A program made the position numbers and the translations under genes. A stretch of DNA of 64,000 nt from an uncultured Gammaproteobacteria bacterium (GTDB lineage Bacteria; Pseudomonadota; Gammaproteobacteria; Steroidobacterales; UBA11654): assembly GCA_902595845.1 (NCBI GenBank), contig CACJRN010000001.1, positions 134,326 to 198,325 of the forward strand, written 5' to 3'. A model generated the notes under the pieces. That model made no database searches. It was not told the DNA's origin and saw nothing but the letters and a program-made list of their open reading frames with translations. This document shows, piece by piece, positions 30,529-40,228 of the stretch (within the stretch, counting starts at the first letter, position 1; each line of letters begins with the position of its first letter).

Positions 30529-31317
30529 ATGTATATTGAAGTTGATAATAAAAAAACCTATGTAGCAACTGGAAGCAAAGATCATGTTGATGGAAATCTT
30601 GGCATGACATTTGTTCATGGCACAGGAATGGATCACACCGTATGGACTCTAGCGGGAAGACATTTTGCAAGAAAGGGCCTTAATATTCATGCAGTCGATC
30701 TACCTGGGCATGGACGGTCTGAGGGTGCCGTAGTTGACTCCATAGAAGGGATGGCCGATTGGGTGATCAGTGTCCTTGATACAACCAAGCAAGACAAAAC
30801 AATCATTGTTGGTCATAGCATGGGATCTTTGGTTGCTTTTGATCTAGCTGCCAGGTATCCGGATCGAGTCGATACACTTGTCATGGTCGGAACATCCATA
30901 CCTATGCCTGTAGGAGATGTGCTTCTTGACAGTGCAAAAGATGATCTCGATGTAGCAAAAGAGATGGTTAATTTTTGGTCCCATAGCCAGGCTGCACATT
31001 TGGGTGGCTCTCAAGTACCTGGAACTTGGATGATTGGTAAGCTGCAAAGACTCTTAGAGAGATCTGGACCAGGTGTAATCTACAATGACTTAAAAGCTTG
31101 TGCAGACTACACTTCAGGCATTGAAAGAAGCAAAGACATTGCTTGCCCAACTTTGTTGATATTAGGCGAGGATGACTTTATGACGCCCGTAAGAAATTCA
31201 AAATCATTGGCTGAGAATATTCCTCAGTCTCAAACGATCATGTTGCCTAATTGTGGTCATGCAATTGTCAATGAGGCGCCAAACGAAATGTTAGATGCAA
31301 TAGCGACAGTCGTTTAA
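30529..31317 (+). CDS. Alpha/beta hydrolase
   Basis: 262 aa from the ATG at 30529; the ORF-track start at 30442 lies inside metY. Nucleophile elbow GHSMGS and C-terminal GHA histidine motif. Confidence 0.75.
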   Translation: MYIEVDNKKTYVATGSKDHVDGNLGMTFVHGTGMDHTVWTLAGRHFARKGLNIHAVDLPGHGRSEGAVVDSIEGMADWVISVLDTTKQDKTIIVGHSMGSLVAFDLAARYPDRVDTLVMVGTSIPMPVGDVLLDSAKDDLDVAKEMVNFWSHSQAAHLGGSQVPGTWMIGKLQRLLERSGPGVIYNDLKACADYTSGIERSKDIACPTLLILGEDDFMTPVRNSKSLAENIPQSQTIMLPNCGHAIVNEAPNEMLDAIATVV

Positions 31318-31324
31318 AACAGTC

Positions 31325-32299
31325 ATGCCTGTAGTATCCCATCCAAATCTTCCATCACTGGAAAGACTGGAGTCATCTGAATTAGTTATCAAAGAAGATG
31401 ATTCTAAGAGTGAATCATTTTCAAGACATCTGCATATCGGTTTTTTGAATCTGATGCCAGATGCTGCCTTTCAAGCAACTGAACGTCAATTTGTTAGCAT
31501 GCTTGCTAGTGATGACGAGCTTCTTGTTCATTTGTATCCAACATCTGTAGCAGCAGATGAGAGGGGTAATGAATTCAAAAACTACATTGATGAACATTAC
31601 AATCACATCAAAGATATTCAAAAAAGGAAATATGATGGATTCATCATTTCTGGCGCCAATCCGTCACAACAAGATATGACAAAAGAGACTTTCTGGAATC
31701 CATTGATTGAAGTATTTGAATGGGCAGAAGAAAATACAAACTCTGTCCTTTGCTCATGCCTTGCAACGCATGCGATTATGAAAGCAAAATATGGCATTGA
31801 AAGACAAATGAGAAACGAGAAGGCTTGGGGTATCTTTAAGCATGATGTCGGAAAAGCAAGCCATCATCTTATCCAAGGTCTTGTGGATGGTTTTGATGGC
31901 CCTCACTCTCATTATTATGATTTTCCTATAAATGAAATTGAGTCGACCGATTTAGAAATATTGGCCACCAATGATTTTGCTGGCATGTATTTGGCATCAT
32001 CAAAAGACGGAAGTCTGGTTTTGTTTCAAGGGCATCCAGAATATGGGGGAAATAGTTTGCTCAAAGAATATCAGCGTGAAATCAATAATTTTGTCTCAGG
32101 AAGTAGGGCAGATTATCCTCCTTTACCCAAAAATTATTTTTCAAGCTCTAAGATCAAAAAAATTGAAGAATTAAAACAAAGCCTTCTTTCTGAACCAAAA
32201 CATATAACTTTAGATGAGAGTTTGATTTCAGATATTGACCTTAATTGGCAAAGTGCGGGCAAAATCATATATTGCAATTGGCTAAACTCTTTGGTTTAG
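31325..32299 (+). CDS. metA: Homoserine O-acyltransferase, MetA (HTS) family
   Basis: 324 aa, colinear with E. coli MetA: IGFLNLMP vs LILNLMP, DGFIISGA vs DGLIVTGA, the active-site Cys context CSCLA vs VCWA, GHPEY, NWLN. Confidence 0.85.
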   Translation: MPVVSHPNLPSLERLESSELVIKEDDSKSESFSRHLHIGFLNLMPDAAFQATERQFVSMLASDDELLVHLYPTSVAADERGNEFKNYIDEHYNHIKDIQKRKYDGFIISGANPSQQDMTKETFWNPLIEVFEWAEENTNSVLCSCLATHAIMKAKYGIERQMRNEKAWGIFKHDVGKASHHLIQGLVDGFDGPHSHYYDFPINEIESTDLEILATNDFAGMYLASSKDGSLVLFQGHPEYGGNSLLKEYQREINNFVSGSRADYPPLPKNYFSSSKIKKIEELKQSLLSEPKHITLDESLISDIDLNWQSAGKIIYCNWLNSLV

Positions 32300-32306
32300 G
32301 CACAGA

Positions 32307-33974
32307 TTATTTCTTTTTCTTTTGTATTTTTGCCCAAGTGTCTTTAAGAGTGACAATCCTGTTGAATGAGAGTTTTTCATCCTCAATCTCATCAAGAATA
32401 AAATATCCGCTTCTTTCAAATTGGAATCTAGACCCAATTTTGGCATTGGACAAAGATTGCTCAAATTGAGCTTCATCGATTTCAATCTTTGAGTTCGGAT
32501 TCAATGGGCTATCAGAGTCAGGGCTTGGATCTGAGTAGAGTGTTTCAAAGAGGCGCACTTTTCCTGTAATCGAGTGGTCTGCAGAAACCCAGTGGATTGC
32601 ACTTTTGACCTTCTTTTTTGATTTACCAACACCACTTTTTGTATCTGGATCATATGAACAGATGAGTTCTATGATCTCTCCATCTTCATCTTTTATTATT
32701 TCTTCACATTTGATGATGTATGCATACCTAAGTCTGACTTCAGCTCCTGGAGACAGCCTGTAAAAATCTTCTTCGGGACTCTCCATGAAATCATCTTTCT
32801 CAATCAATATATTTTTACCAAATGACATCTCTCGGATTCCCATTTCTTTTTTCTTTGGATGATTGCTTGCTTCAAGTGTTTCAGACTCACCATCTGGATA
32901 ATTTTTAATTGTCACTTTTAGAGGATTCATTATGGCCATCACTCTATTGCAAGTTGCATCCAATTCTTCTCTTACAGTACTTTCCAGAAGTGACATTTCA
33001 ATGGACTTATCTTTTTTTGTAATACCAACTCGCTTACAAAATTCTCTGAGAGCACTAGCTGGATAACCCCTTTTTCTGAGTCCTGATATGGTTGGCATCC
33101 TTGGATCATCCCATCCTGATACATCACCAGAATCGACAAGCTCACCAAGCTTCCTTTTGCTGGTGATGGTGTGTTCCACATTCAAACGTGAGAATTCAAT
33201 TTGTCTGGGTCTGGTTGATAGATTGAGGTTATCAAGAAACCACTCATATAGCGGTCTGTGATCCTCAAATTCAAGTGTACAGAGCGAGTGAGTTGTTCCC
33301 TCAATTGCATCTGATAGGGTGTGAGCAAAGTCGTACATTGGATATATGCACCAAGTCTTACCGGTTCTTTGATGTTCTAAGTTCAAGATACGATAAATCA
33401 CGGGATCCCTTAGATTGATATTCGGTGATGACATATCTATTTTTGCTCTAAGGACATGCTCTCCATTTTCAAATTCACCATTTTTCATTCTATTGAATAA
33501 TCCAAGATTCTCAGATACTGAGCGATTACGATATGGACTTTCAATACCTGGAGAGTTGAGTGTTCCTCTTGTATTTCTTATCTCTTCACTCGTCTGGCTA
33601 TCGACAAAGGCAAGATCTTTTTCAATCAGTTCTATGGCAAATTCATGGATTGATTCAAAGTAATCAGAAGCATGTGCAAGGTTATTGCCCCAATCAAAGC
33701 CAAGCCACTTCACATCTTCCATGATTGAGTTGACATATTCATCAGACTCTTTGGCAGGGTTGGTGTCATCAAATCTCAGATAGCAGGGTGCATCAAATTC
33801 TTCAGCTATACCAAAATTAATATAGATCGAAAGCGCATGACCAATGTGTAAATATCCGTTTGGCTCAGGAGGAAATCTTGTTGCCAATCTTCCATCATTG
33901 ACACCTTGGTCAATATCATGATGGATCATCTGACGGATGAAATCCTTGCCTCGATATTTATCTTTTTTGCTCAT
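32307..33974 (-). CDS. glnS: Glutamine--tRNA ligase
   Basis: Class I HIGH motif (PEPNGYLHIGHA) and the GlnS-type body. I prefer the start at 33974, which forms an ATGA overlap with the stop of the upstream SDR gene, over 34004. Confidence 0.93.
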   Translation of the reverse strand: MSKKDKYRGKDFIRQMIHHDIDQGVNDGRLATRFPPEPNGYLHIGHALSIYINFGIAEEFDAPCYLRFDDTNPAKESDEYVNSIMEDVKWLGFDWGNNLAHASDYFESIHEFAIELIEKDLAFVDSQTSEEIRNTRGTLNSPGIESPYRNRSVSENLGLFNRMKNGEFENGEHVLRAKIDMSSPNINLRDPVIYRILNLEHQRTGKTWCIYPMYDFAHTLSDAIEGTTHSLCTLEFEDHRPLYEWFLDNLNLSTRPRQIEFSRLNVEHTITSKRKLGELVDSGDVSGWDDPRMPTISGLRKRGYPASALREFCKRVGITKKDKSIEMSLLESTVREELDATCNRVMAIMNPLKVTIKNYPDGESETLEASNHPKKKEMGIREMSFGKNILIEKDDFMESPEEDFYRLSPGAEVRLRYAYIIKCEEIIKDEDGEIIELICSYDPDTKSGVGKSKKKVKSAIHWVSADHSITGKVRLFETLYSDPSPDSDSPLNPNSKIEIDEAQFEQSLSNAKIGSRFQFERSGYFILDEIEDEKLSFNRIVTLKDTWAKIQKKKK

Positions 33975-34789
33975 GAATGGTTTTCTGCTTGCTCTCTTTC
34001 CCAATCATCTATGACTTGTTTTTTGCAGAATAATCTTCCAAAAATCAATCGACCGAGTACTTTTATCGTAGTCAGCCAAGCTATTTTTGCTCCGTTTTTA
34101 TTGTTTTTTAGCACCTCATCAACCAACCAAGGTGTCACAATTTCAGCACGATCCGCTAAAACATTTAGAACTTTTTTAGCCTTTTCCCAGTCCTTCTCGC
34201 TGGATTTTGATGAACGCAAGAGTAAGTCAGTCGTAACGATGCCGGGACTGATTGATCCAATGACAATAGGTGTATCCTTAAATTCATTTGCAGCTGCTGC
34301 TGTGAAATATCTGAGCGCACGCTTTGTGGAGCCATAAACACTGATGCCTTTCTGAAGCTGCCCGTTGCTGCCAAAGCCTTCAAACATATAAATTTGTCCT
34401 GAACCTTGTTTCAGCATTCTTGATGACACAATTCTTGTTGCCAATATGGTGCCTGTTAAATTTGTATCAATTGTTCTTGTGATCTCATCGTAACTCAGTT
34501 CTTCCAAGCCATTTCTTGAGGTTGCTGCACCAGCATTATTAATCCAGACATCGACAGTACTGAATCTCTCGATTGCTTTATCCCAAACCTTTTCAATTGA
34601 GTCAGTGTTTTCAACCAGGCAAGGAACACCAATTACATCACTATTCTCACCGATATCTCTGAGACCTCTTGCAACGCTCTCCTCACTGGTTCCTGTTATG
34701 ACAACATTATGTCCCCGAGACAAGAATTCCTTAGCCATTCCTAGCCCAATTCCTCTAGTGCCTCCTGTGATAACTACGGTCTTTTTCAT
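33971..34789 (-). CDS. Short-chain dehydrogenase/reductase (SDR)
   Basis: 272 aa. TGGTRGIG cofactor motif, NNAG, and the YGSTK catalytic Tyr/Lys. Confidence 0.85.
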   Translation of the reverse strand: MKKTVVITGGTRGIGLGMAKEFLSRGHNVVITGTSEESVARGLRDIGENSDVIGVPCLVENTDSIEKVWDKAIERFSTVDVWINNAGAATSRNGLEELSYDEITRTIDTNLTGTILATRIVSSRMLKQGSGQIYMFEGFGSNGQLQKGISVYGSTKRALRYFTAAAANEFKDTPIVIGSISPGIVTTDLLLRSSKSSEKDWEKAKKVLNVLADRAEIVTPWLVDEVLKNNKNGAKIAWLTTIKVLGRLIFGRLFCKKQVIDDWEREQAENHS

Positions 34790-34806
34790 ATTTTTCTCCT
34801 CTGACT

Positions 34807-35982
34807 CTATTCTAGTCCCTCATTTTTACGTCTTAAAGCAAAGTTTGTGATTAATGCAATGACAGGAATCGCAAGCAAAGCTCCTGTATAGAGAGGTGCA
34901 GAAGTGCTCACCTGACTGAATAGGATACCTGAGAATGTCGGCCCAAGAATTCTCCCCATGGCACAGGCTGATTGATATTGCCCTAAGAAAAGTCCTTTTT
35001 CATCTGCCTTTGCACTCTTTGAGACCAAGCTTGAAAGACTTGGGTTAAACATTGCAGCACCACAGCCATAGAAAAATAAACCAATCCACAATATCACTGT
35101 ACTGATTGCGCTTCCTATTAGAGAAAGCCCAATCATCATGAATATGGCAGCAGTTTGAACGAGCTTTATTTCACCAAGCCATTTTGTAAGTGGCCCAATC
35201 AGCCCACCTTGGATGATCACAGATATCAGACCCAACATAAAAAATACACTACCAATATGAGATGGACCATACATAAAGAGTTGATTTGCCCAGAGCGGGA
35301 AAATGGCCTCCATCAAGGACATCCCTGAGTAAAAAAATAAACCTGACAAGGCAAGCATGATGATTTTTTCTCCAGGCTTGAATGTCTCTTTCTTAAATAT
35401 TTTAAAAAGACCATCCATGGATTTTCTATCTTTATCTGGAAGTGACTCTTTCAGAAAGATTATTGCACCAACTAGAGCAATCACATTAATGGCAGCGCCT
35501 GAGAGTGCGGTGAGAACATAATTGGCATTTTCTACATCATTGCCAGCAAGGAAACCACCAATCGCTGGTCCAGTCATAAATCCAAGACCCAATGCGGCAC
35601 TTACTTTTCCCAATCCTGCAGATCGATTTTCCTCATCAGTGATATCGGCGACATAGGCAAATGCGATTGAAATATTTCCTGCCATCAGACCAGATAACAC
35701 CCTACTTATGATGACCATGGTAAGAGTCTCTGCAAAGGCCAGCATGACATATGAAATAGATGATCCAATCAGACTGATAATTAAAACTTTCTTGCGGCCA
35801 ATGGAATCACTGAGTCTCCCCCAAAAAGGAGAGGCAATAAACTGACCGAGTGAGAAGACCGCCATAGTCAATGTGATGACCTCAGGTGATGCGCCAAGTC
35901 TTTCAGCATAAAAAGGAAAGAGGGGCAAAATGATGCCAAAGCCCATTAGACCGATGAAAGTAACTAAAAATATAATTAACAT
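34807..35982 (-). CDS. MFS transporter (DHA1/tetracycline-efflux-like, 12 TM)
   Basis: 391 aa. GRLSDSIGRKKV motif A between TM2 and TM3; 12 predicted helices. Confidence 0.8.
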   Translation of the reverse strand: MLIIFLVTFIGLMGFGIILPLFPFYAERLGASPEVITLTMAVFSLGQFIASPFWGRLSDSIGRKKVLIISLIGSSISYVMLAFAETLTMVIISRVLSGLMAGNISIAFAYVADITDEENRSAGLGKVSAALGLGFMTGPAIGGFLAGNDVENANYVLTALSGAAINVIALVGAIIFLKESLPDKDRKSMDGLFKIFKKETFKPGEKIIMLALSGLFFYSGMSLMEAIFPLWANQLFMYGPSHIGSVFFMLGLISVIIQGGLIGPLTKWLGEIKLVQTAAIFMMIGLSLIGSAISTVILWIGLFFYGCGAAMFNPSLSSLVSKSAKADEKGLFLGQYQSACAMGRILGPTFSGILFSQVSTSAPLYTGALLAIPVIALITNFALRRKNEGLE

Positions 35983-36233
35983 TGATTTTTTTCCTTAATA
36001 GTGAGGTTTTTTCGACCAAAACCTTACATAATTTTGTTTAAAAACAACAAACCACTGATCCAACACACCTTTCTTTGCGAACTATTCACTTTTATTGGCA
36101 ATTAATTGCATTTAGAATGAAGACCATCAAATTCGCAAGTATTAAAAACTGACTAATCACATTTAACAAGCTGTTTTTGATGATTAGTACTAGAATTTGT
36201 GAAAATAAATTTAATAATTTTGAGGTATTACAC

Positions 36234-38699
36234 ATGTCAAAATACTTGAATAAGGGATTGATTGCATTCGTCTCAGCGATGATGCTTTTACCAGTCTCTG
36301 AAATCTTTGCTCAATCTGTCATAGAGGAAATAACTGTGACAGCTCGACAAAGGGAGGAATCACTTCAGGATGTTCCTGGAACGATTACTGTGCTAACTGC
36401 TGATCAGCTTGAAAGATCAGGCGTTCAAAGAGCAGCTGATTTTATTAATCTAACACCTGGAGTAACAATTGTTGATACAGCTGAGGTTGGAGATACGCAA
36501 GTCAGCATCAGGGGTTTAAACGGTGCACGTGATGCAGAAACCAGTTTTGGTTTGATCATCGATGGTATTGTGATGACAAACCCTGCAGCGCTTAATAGAG
36601 AGTATCTAGGTTTGTCTCAGATAGAGGTTCTTAAAGGCCCACAAGGTGCACTTTATGGACGAAACGCATCTGCAGGAGCAATTATAGTTTCTACTGAAAA
36701 ACCAAGTGATGTAGCTAGTTCTGTAGCGAAAGTCTCAATTGGTGATGATGCTACTTATGCGATCACAGCTAAGACAGAAGGCCCTACACCGCAAGGTGGT
36801 GCATTCAGTGCAATGATTAATTACAACACGACAGATGGATGGAGAGAGAATCGTTGGACAGGTTGTGATGACTGTGTCGATCAATATAAGTCTTATGACA
36901 TCGTCACAAGATACGTAGGCGAATGGGACGAGAATACAACTGTTGATGCAAAACTTCGGTACGGCGAAGTCGATACATCATCAATCCAATTTAATGCGGT
37001 TTTTGCTCTTCCTATTTTTGAAGCATTTCTAGGTATTCCAACTCTTTATGAAGATGTCAATGATCATAATTTTGAGTATGTAAATAATATTCCTCACTTC
37101 AATGATCAAAAATCTACTGAATTCTCTTTGAAAATGGAAAGAGAGTTAGATTGGGGAACTTTAAGTGCTTGGACACTTTATAGTGATATTGATAATTCTT
37201 TCGGAGCAGATGGAACAAGTGGAGCATGGGGCTTTTTCTTTACAGATCAGTCATGCCTAGATTCTTTGGCTGAGATTGTAAATGCTGGTCAAGGATTTTC
37301 ATTGCCTTCACCACAGTATATTGCAGCAGCTGATCCAACTATTCCAAATGGACTCTTGCTCGGGCCATATACACCGACAAGATGTGACGGAACACAGTAC
37401 CAAGTTAGAAATCAGGACGACATAAGTTTTGAAATTCGATTAACGTCTCCTGATGATCAAGCAATAAGATGGTCAGCAGGAATGTACTACCTTGACGTTT
37501 CTAGAGAAGTTGGTGTGAACCAAGGAACAGATAAAGGCAAAGGCATTGTTCCAAGAATGTATGTTGCACCAAATGGGAATAATCCAACAGAGCAAATGGT
37601 ATGGGATGATTTTGATAATGAAGTCACTGCATTTTTTGCATCTGTCAACATTGATTTAAACGACGCAGTTGAATTATCGATAGCAGGACGTTATGACAAA
37701 GAAGACAGAAGCGTTAGCAGTCTTGTCCCTACTGGCGTCAATTCAACATACATTGATTGTGATGGACCTCCATATACTGGTGGACCACTTAATACTGGTC
37801 TTTGTAGTGCTTCTTCAATTCCTGATCAAAGCCGATCTTTTGAAGCTTTTCAGCCTAAGATCAGTTTGACTTATGATGTGAGTGATGACTTAACTCTATT
37901 CACAAGTTGGGGTGAAGGATTTAAGAGTGGTGGTTTCAATAATTCAGGCTCTAGAGCTACGATTGATACCTTTATTAATCCACTTAATCCTGGTTCACCC
38001 GTAGCAGTCACTGATGTCTATGAAAAAGAAACCAACGATTCACTTGAGGTTGGATTTAAAGCAAGGCTTGCTGGAAATAGAGTCAGCGTTGAAGGTTCTT
38101 ACTTCGATACGAATGCAAATGATCTTCAGTTTTTTGAATTCATTGTCGGACCATTTGGACTTCTTAGAATTGTTGAAAATATTGATGAGGCAGAGATGGA
38201 CGGTTTCGAGCTAGCCATTTCAGCTATTCTTAATGACAACATTAGTGTTTATCTATCTGGTGCACAAATTGATAGTGAAATCATTAAAAACTCTGTGAGA
38301 TCAGACAGCGTTGGGAATGATGTTCCTTATCATGCTGAGCACACCTACAATGCAGGTATATCACTTGATTACCCAATGGCAAATGGCAGAGAGTTTTTTG
38401 CTCAACTCGACTATTCAGTCGTCGGCCCGACATGGTTCCATGTGATGCAGGAGAACAACTCTAGAGTTTCATTATTTGGCGTGCCAATGGCATATGACAA
38501 GACTCAAAGAGATGAGTATGACACTGTGAACTTGAGAATGGGAATCAAGGGTGATAATTATACTCTTGTTGCTTATGCTAAAAACCTTACTGATGAGGAA
38601 TATCTAGCAGAGGTGATTCCTGCTCCTGAGTTTGGCGGATCTTTTGCACATGAAGGTACTTCAAGAAGAGTAGGTATTGAACTGACTTATCAGTTCTAA
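36234..38699 (+). CDS. TonB-dependent outer membrane receptor
   Basis: 821 aa from the ATG at 36234 (TGAGG Shine-Dalgarno at 36221). Signal peptide ending FAQ, TonB box EEITVTA, plug domain (IEVLKGPQGALYGRNASAGAI), and terminal TYQF. Confidence 0.9.
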   Translation: MSKYLNKGLIAFVSAMMLLPVSEIFAQSVIEEITVTARQREESLQDVPGTITVLTADQLERSGVQRAADFINLTPGVTIVDTAEVGDTQVSIRGLNGARDAETSFGLIIDGIVMTNPAALNREYLGLSQIEVLKGPQGALYGRNASAGAIIVSTEKPSDVASSVAKVSIGDDATYAITAKTEGPTPQGGAFSAMINYNTTDGWRENRWTGCDDCVDQYKSYDIVTRYVGEWDENTTVDAKLRYGEVDTSSIQFNAVFALPIFEAFLGIPTLYEDVNDHNFEYVNNIPHFNDQKSTEFSLKMERELDWGTLSAWTLYSDIDNSFGADGTSGAWGFFFTDQSCLDSLAEIVNAGQGFSLPSPQYIAAADPTIPNGLLLGPYTPTRCDGTQYQVRNQDDISFEIRLTSPDDQAIRWSAGMYYLDVSREVGVNQGTDKGKGIVPRMYVAPNGNNPTEQMVWDDFDNEVTAFFASVNIDLNDAVELSIAGRYDKEDRSVSSLVPTGVNSTYIDCDGPPYTGGPLNTGLCSASSIPDQSRSFEAFQPKISLTYDVSDDLTLFTSWGEGFKSGGFNNSGSRATIDTFINPLNPGSPVAVTDVYEKETNDSLEVGFKARLAGNRVSVEGSYFDTNANDLQFFEFIVGPFGLLRIVENIDEAEMDGFELAISAILNDNISVYLSGAQIDSEIIKNSVRSDSVGNDVPYHAEHTYNAGISLDYPMANGREFFAQLDYSVVGPTWFHVMQENNSRVSLFGVPMAYDKTQRDEYDTVNLRMGIKGDNYTLVAYAKNLTDEEYLAEVIPAPEFGGSFAHEGTSRRVGIELTYQF

Positions 38700-38718
38700 A
38701 CTGTAAACATCAGAAATA

Positions 38719-38747
38719 AAAAAGCCCCTGAAATGGGGCTTTTTTTA
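38719..38747. terminator. Bidirectional rho-independent terminator
   Basis: AAAAAA-GCCCC-TGAAAT-GGGGC-TTTTTTT lies between two convergent genes, the TonB receptor and the hydantoinase-like gene. Confidence 0.8.
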
Positions 38748-40217
38748 TTAGCAAGGTCTTTTTAGATAATTCCCTTTGGGTTCACCGATCACTTGTTCAT
38801 TGTCATAGATGCAGTTCCCACGCAGGAAAGTAGTCATAACTTTTGCATCAAGCTCTAGCCCCTCAAAAGGAGTATAGCCTTGACCGGATTCTGATTCTTC
38901 TGCTCTGATTGTCCAAGTCTTTTCAGGATCGACTAGTGCAAGATCTGCGTCTAGGCCAATCTCGATGTCGCCTTTGCTTCTAAGTCCATATCTTCTGGCA
39001 GGATTGAGACTAGTTAATTCAGCCATTTTATTGAGTGATAGGCCTCTTTTACGGCCTTCACTGACCAATGCTGACAATAAGTACTCTGTACCTCCAAAGC
39101 CTGACTTTGCTAGCCATATATCCTCGCTTTGCTCAGAATCAACCTTATCTTCATGTTTACAGCATGCATGATCACTGCAAATCCAACTGATGTCTCCATT
39201 TAGAACACTGTCCCAAAGGTATTCGACATCCTCACGAGGTCTGATTGGTGGGTTTACTTTTGCCAAGTTTCCAGTTTCAGCATCAACATCCAATATCAAG
39301 TGGCCAATTGTGACTTCGCGTCTAAAGTTGATGTGAGGAAATACACTCTGCATTTGCATTGCAGCATCCACCGCTTTTTTTGAGGTTAAATGCAATAGAT
39401 TGATGTTGGGTAATTCAGTCTCATTTGCCAAATATGAAGCTATGAATATTGCAAGGCCTTCAGAATGTGGCGGTCTCGAGGCACTATATGCCCTTAACCC
39501 AGTTAGTTTATTCTCTTCTTGAACCATTTTAGTATAAGCAGCCATGATTTCTGCTGTTTCGCAATGAAGGCTTAGGCTGATATCATCTTTTTTGTCAGGG
39601 AAACGAGTGATCGCATCTTGAACTCCTCTCATAACAAATTCGAAATGTGCAATGTCATATTTTTCCTCTGGATTAATCATTAAGAATTCATGCTGGTTCG
39701 ATGATGCACCATGAAGTCCGTGCCCACCATAGAACATGAAAATTTTGAAAGATGTTACTCCGAAATCCTCAATCAGTTCCGGGATCTCTGAGATATGTTT
39801 TTTATCCATTGGGGCCAAATGATATGCATAGTCAACATAGAAATTATCATTTGAGAGTTCAAAAACCTCAGGCATGAAGTCTCGGTATGGACCACCTTTA
39901 TTTAGATAATACCCACCAGTTCTCATGTAATTCAGGCTTGATGTTACCCCGCCCATCGCAGCCGCACGACTTTCGATGACAGCATCTTTATCAAGTGGAT
40001 TATAAATTCCTGTATGCATATGAGCATCAACCAAGCCTGGAAATGCCAATTTGCCTTTACCGTCATATATTTCATTTGAATGCTCAGGGTCAATATTGCT
40101 TTCAATGGCAGCAAATTTTCCATCTCTTATCGCAATATCTTTCTCTTCTACATTTTCTGATTGAGGTTTGACAACCTTTAGATTTTTTATGATGAGATCA
40201 TATTTTTTTTCATTCAA
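38748..40217 (-). CDS. Cyclic amidohydrolase (dihydropyrimidinase/hydantoinase/allantoinase-like)
   Basis: 489 aa. PGLVDAHMHTG metal site, SFKIFM (carbamylated-Lys context), and a distal SDHAC region. Confidence 0.72.
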   Translation of the reverse strand: MNEKKYDLIIKNLKVVKPQSENVEEKDIAIRDGKFAAIESNIDPEHSNEIYDGKGKLAFPGLVDAHMHTGIYNPLDKDAVIESRAAAMGGVTSSLNYMRTGGYYLNKGGPYRDFMPEVFELSNDNFYVDYAYHLAPMDKKHISEIPELIEDFGVTSFKIFMFYGGHGLHGASSNQHEFLMINPEEKYDIAHFEFVMRGVQDAITRFPDKKDDISLSLHCETAEIMAAYTKMVQEENKLTGLRAYSASRPPHSEGLAIFIASYLANETELPNINLLHLTSKKAVDAAMQMQSVFPHINFRREVTIGHLILDVDAETGNLAKVNPPIRPREDVEYLWDSVLNGDISWICSDHACCKHEDKVDSEQSEDIWLAKSGFGGTEYLLSALVSEGRKRGLSLNKMAELTSLNPARRYGLRSKGDIEIGLDADLALVDPEKTWTIRAEESESGQGYTPFEGLELDAKVMTTFLRGNCIYDNEQVIGEPKGNYLKRPC

Positions 40218-40228
40218 TGTAATTCCCC

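Noticed and set aside
33975-34004. A 10-codon N-terminal extension of glnS. Analogous ORF-track extensions occur at adk (9845-9871), the alpha/beta hydrolase (30442-30528) and the TonB receptor (36177-36233).
   Set aside because: The extensions overlap upstream genes or lack homology. The internal ATGs have better Shine-Dalgarno context, or ATGA coupling, and give canonical N-termini.
35983-36233. A possible cobalamin riboswitch upstream of the second TonB-dependent receptor (a CCACTG string at about 36051).
   Set aside because: The region is very AT-rich. It lacks the conserved B12-element core (GC-rich helices and the extended B12 box), and a single hexamer is not evidence.
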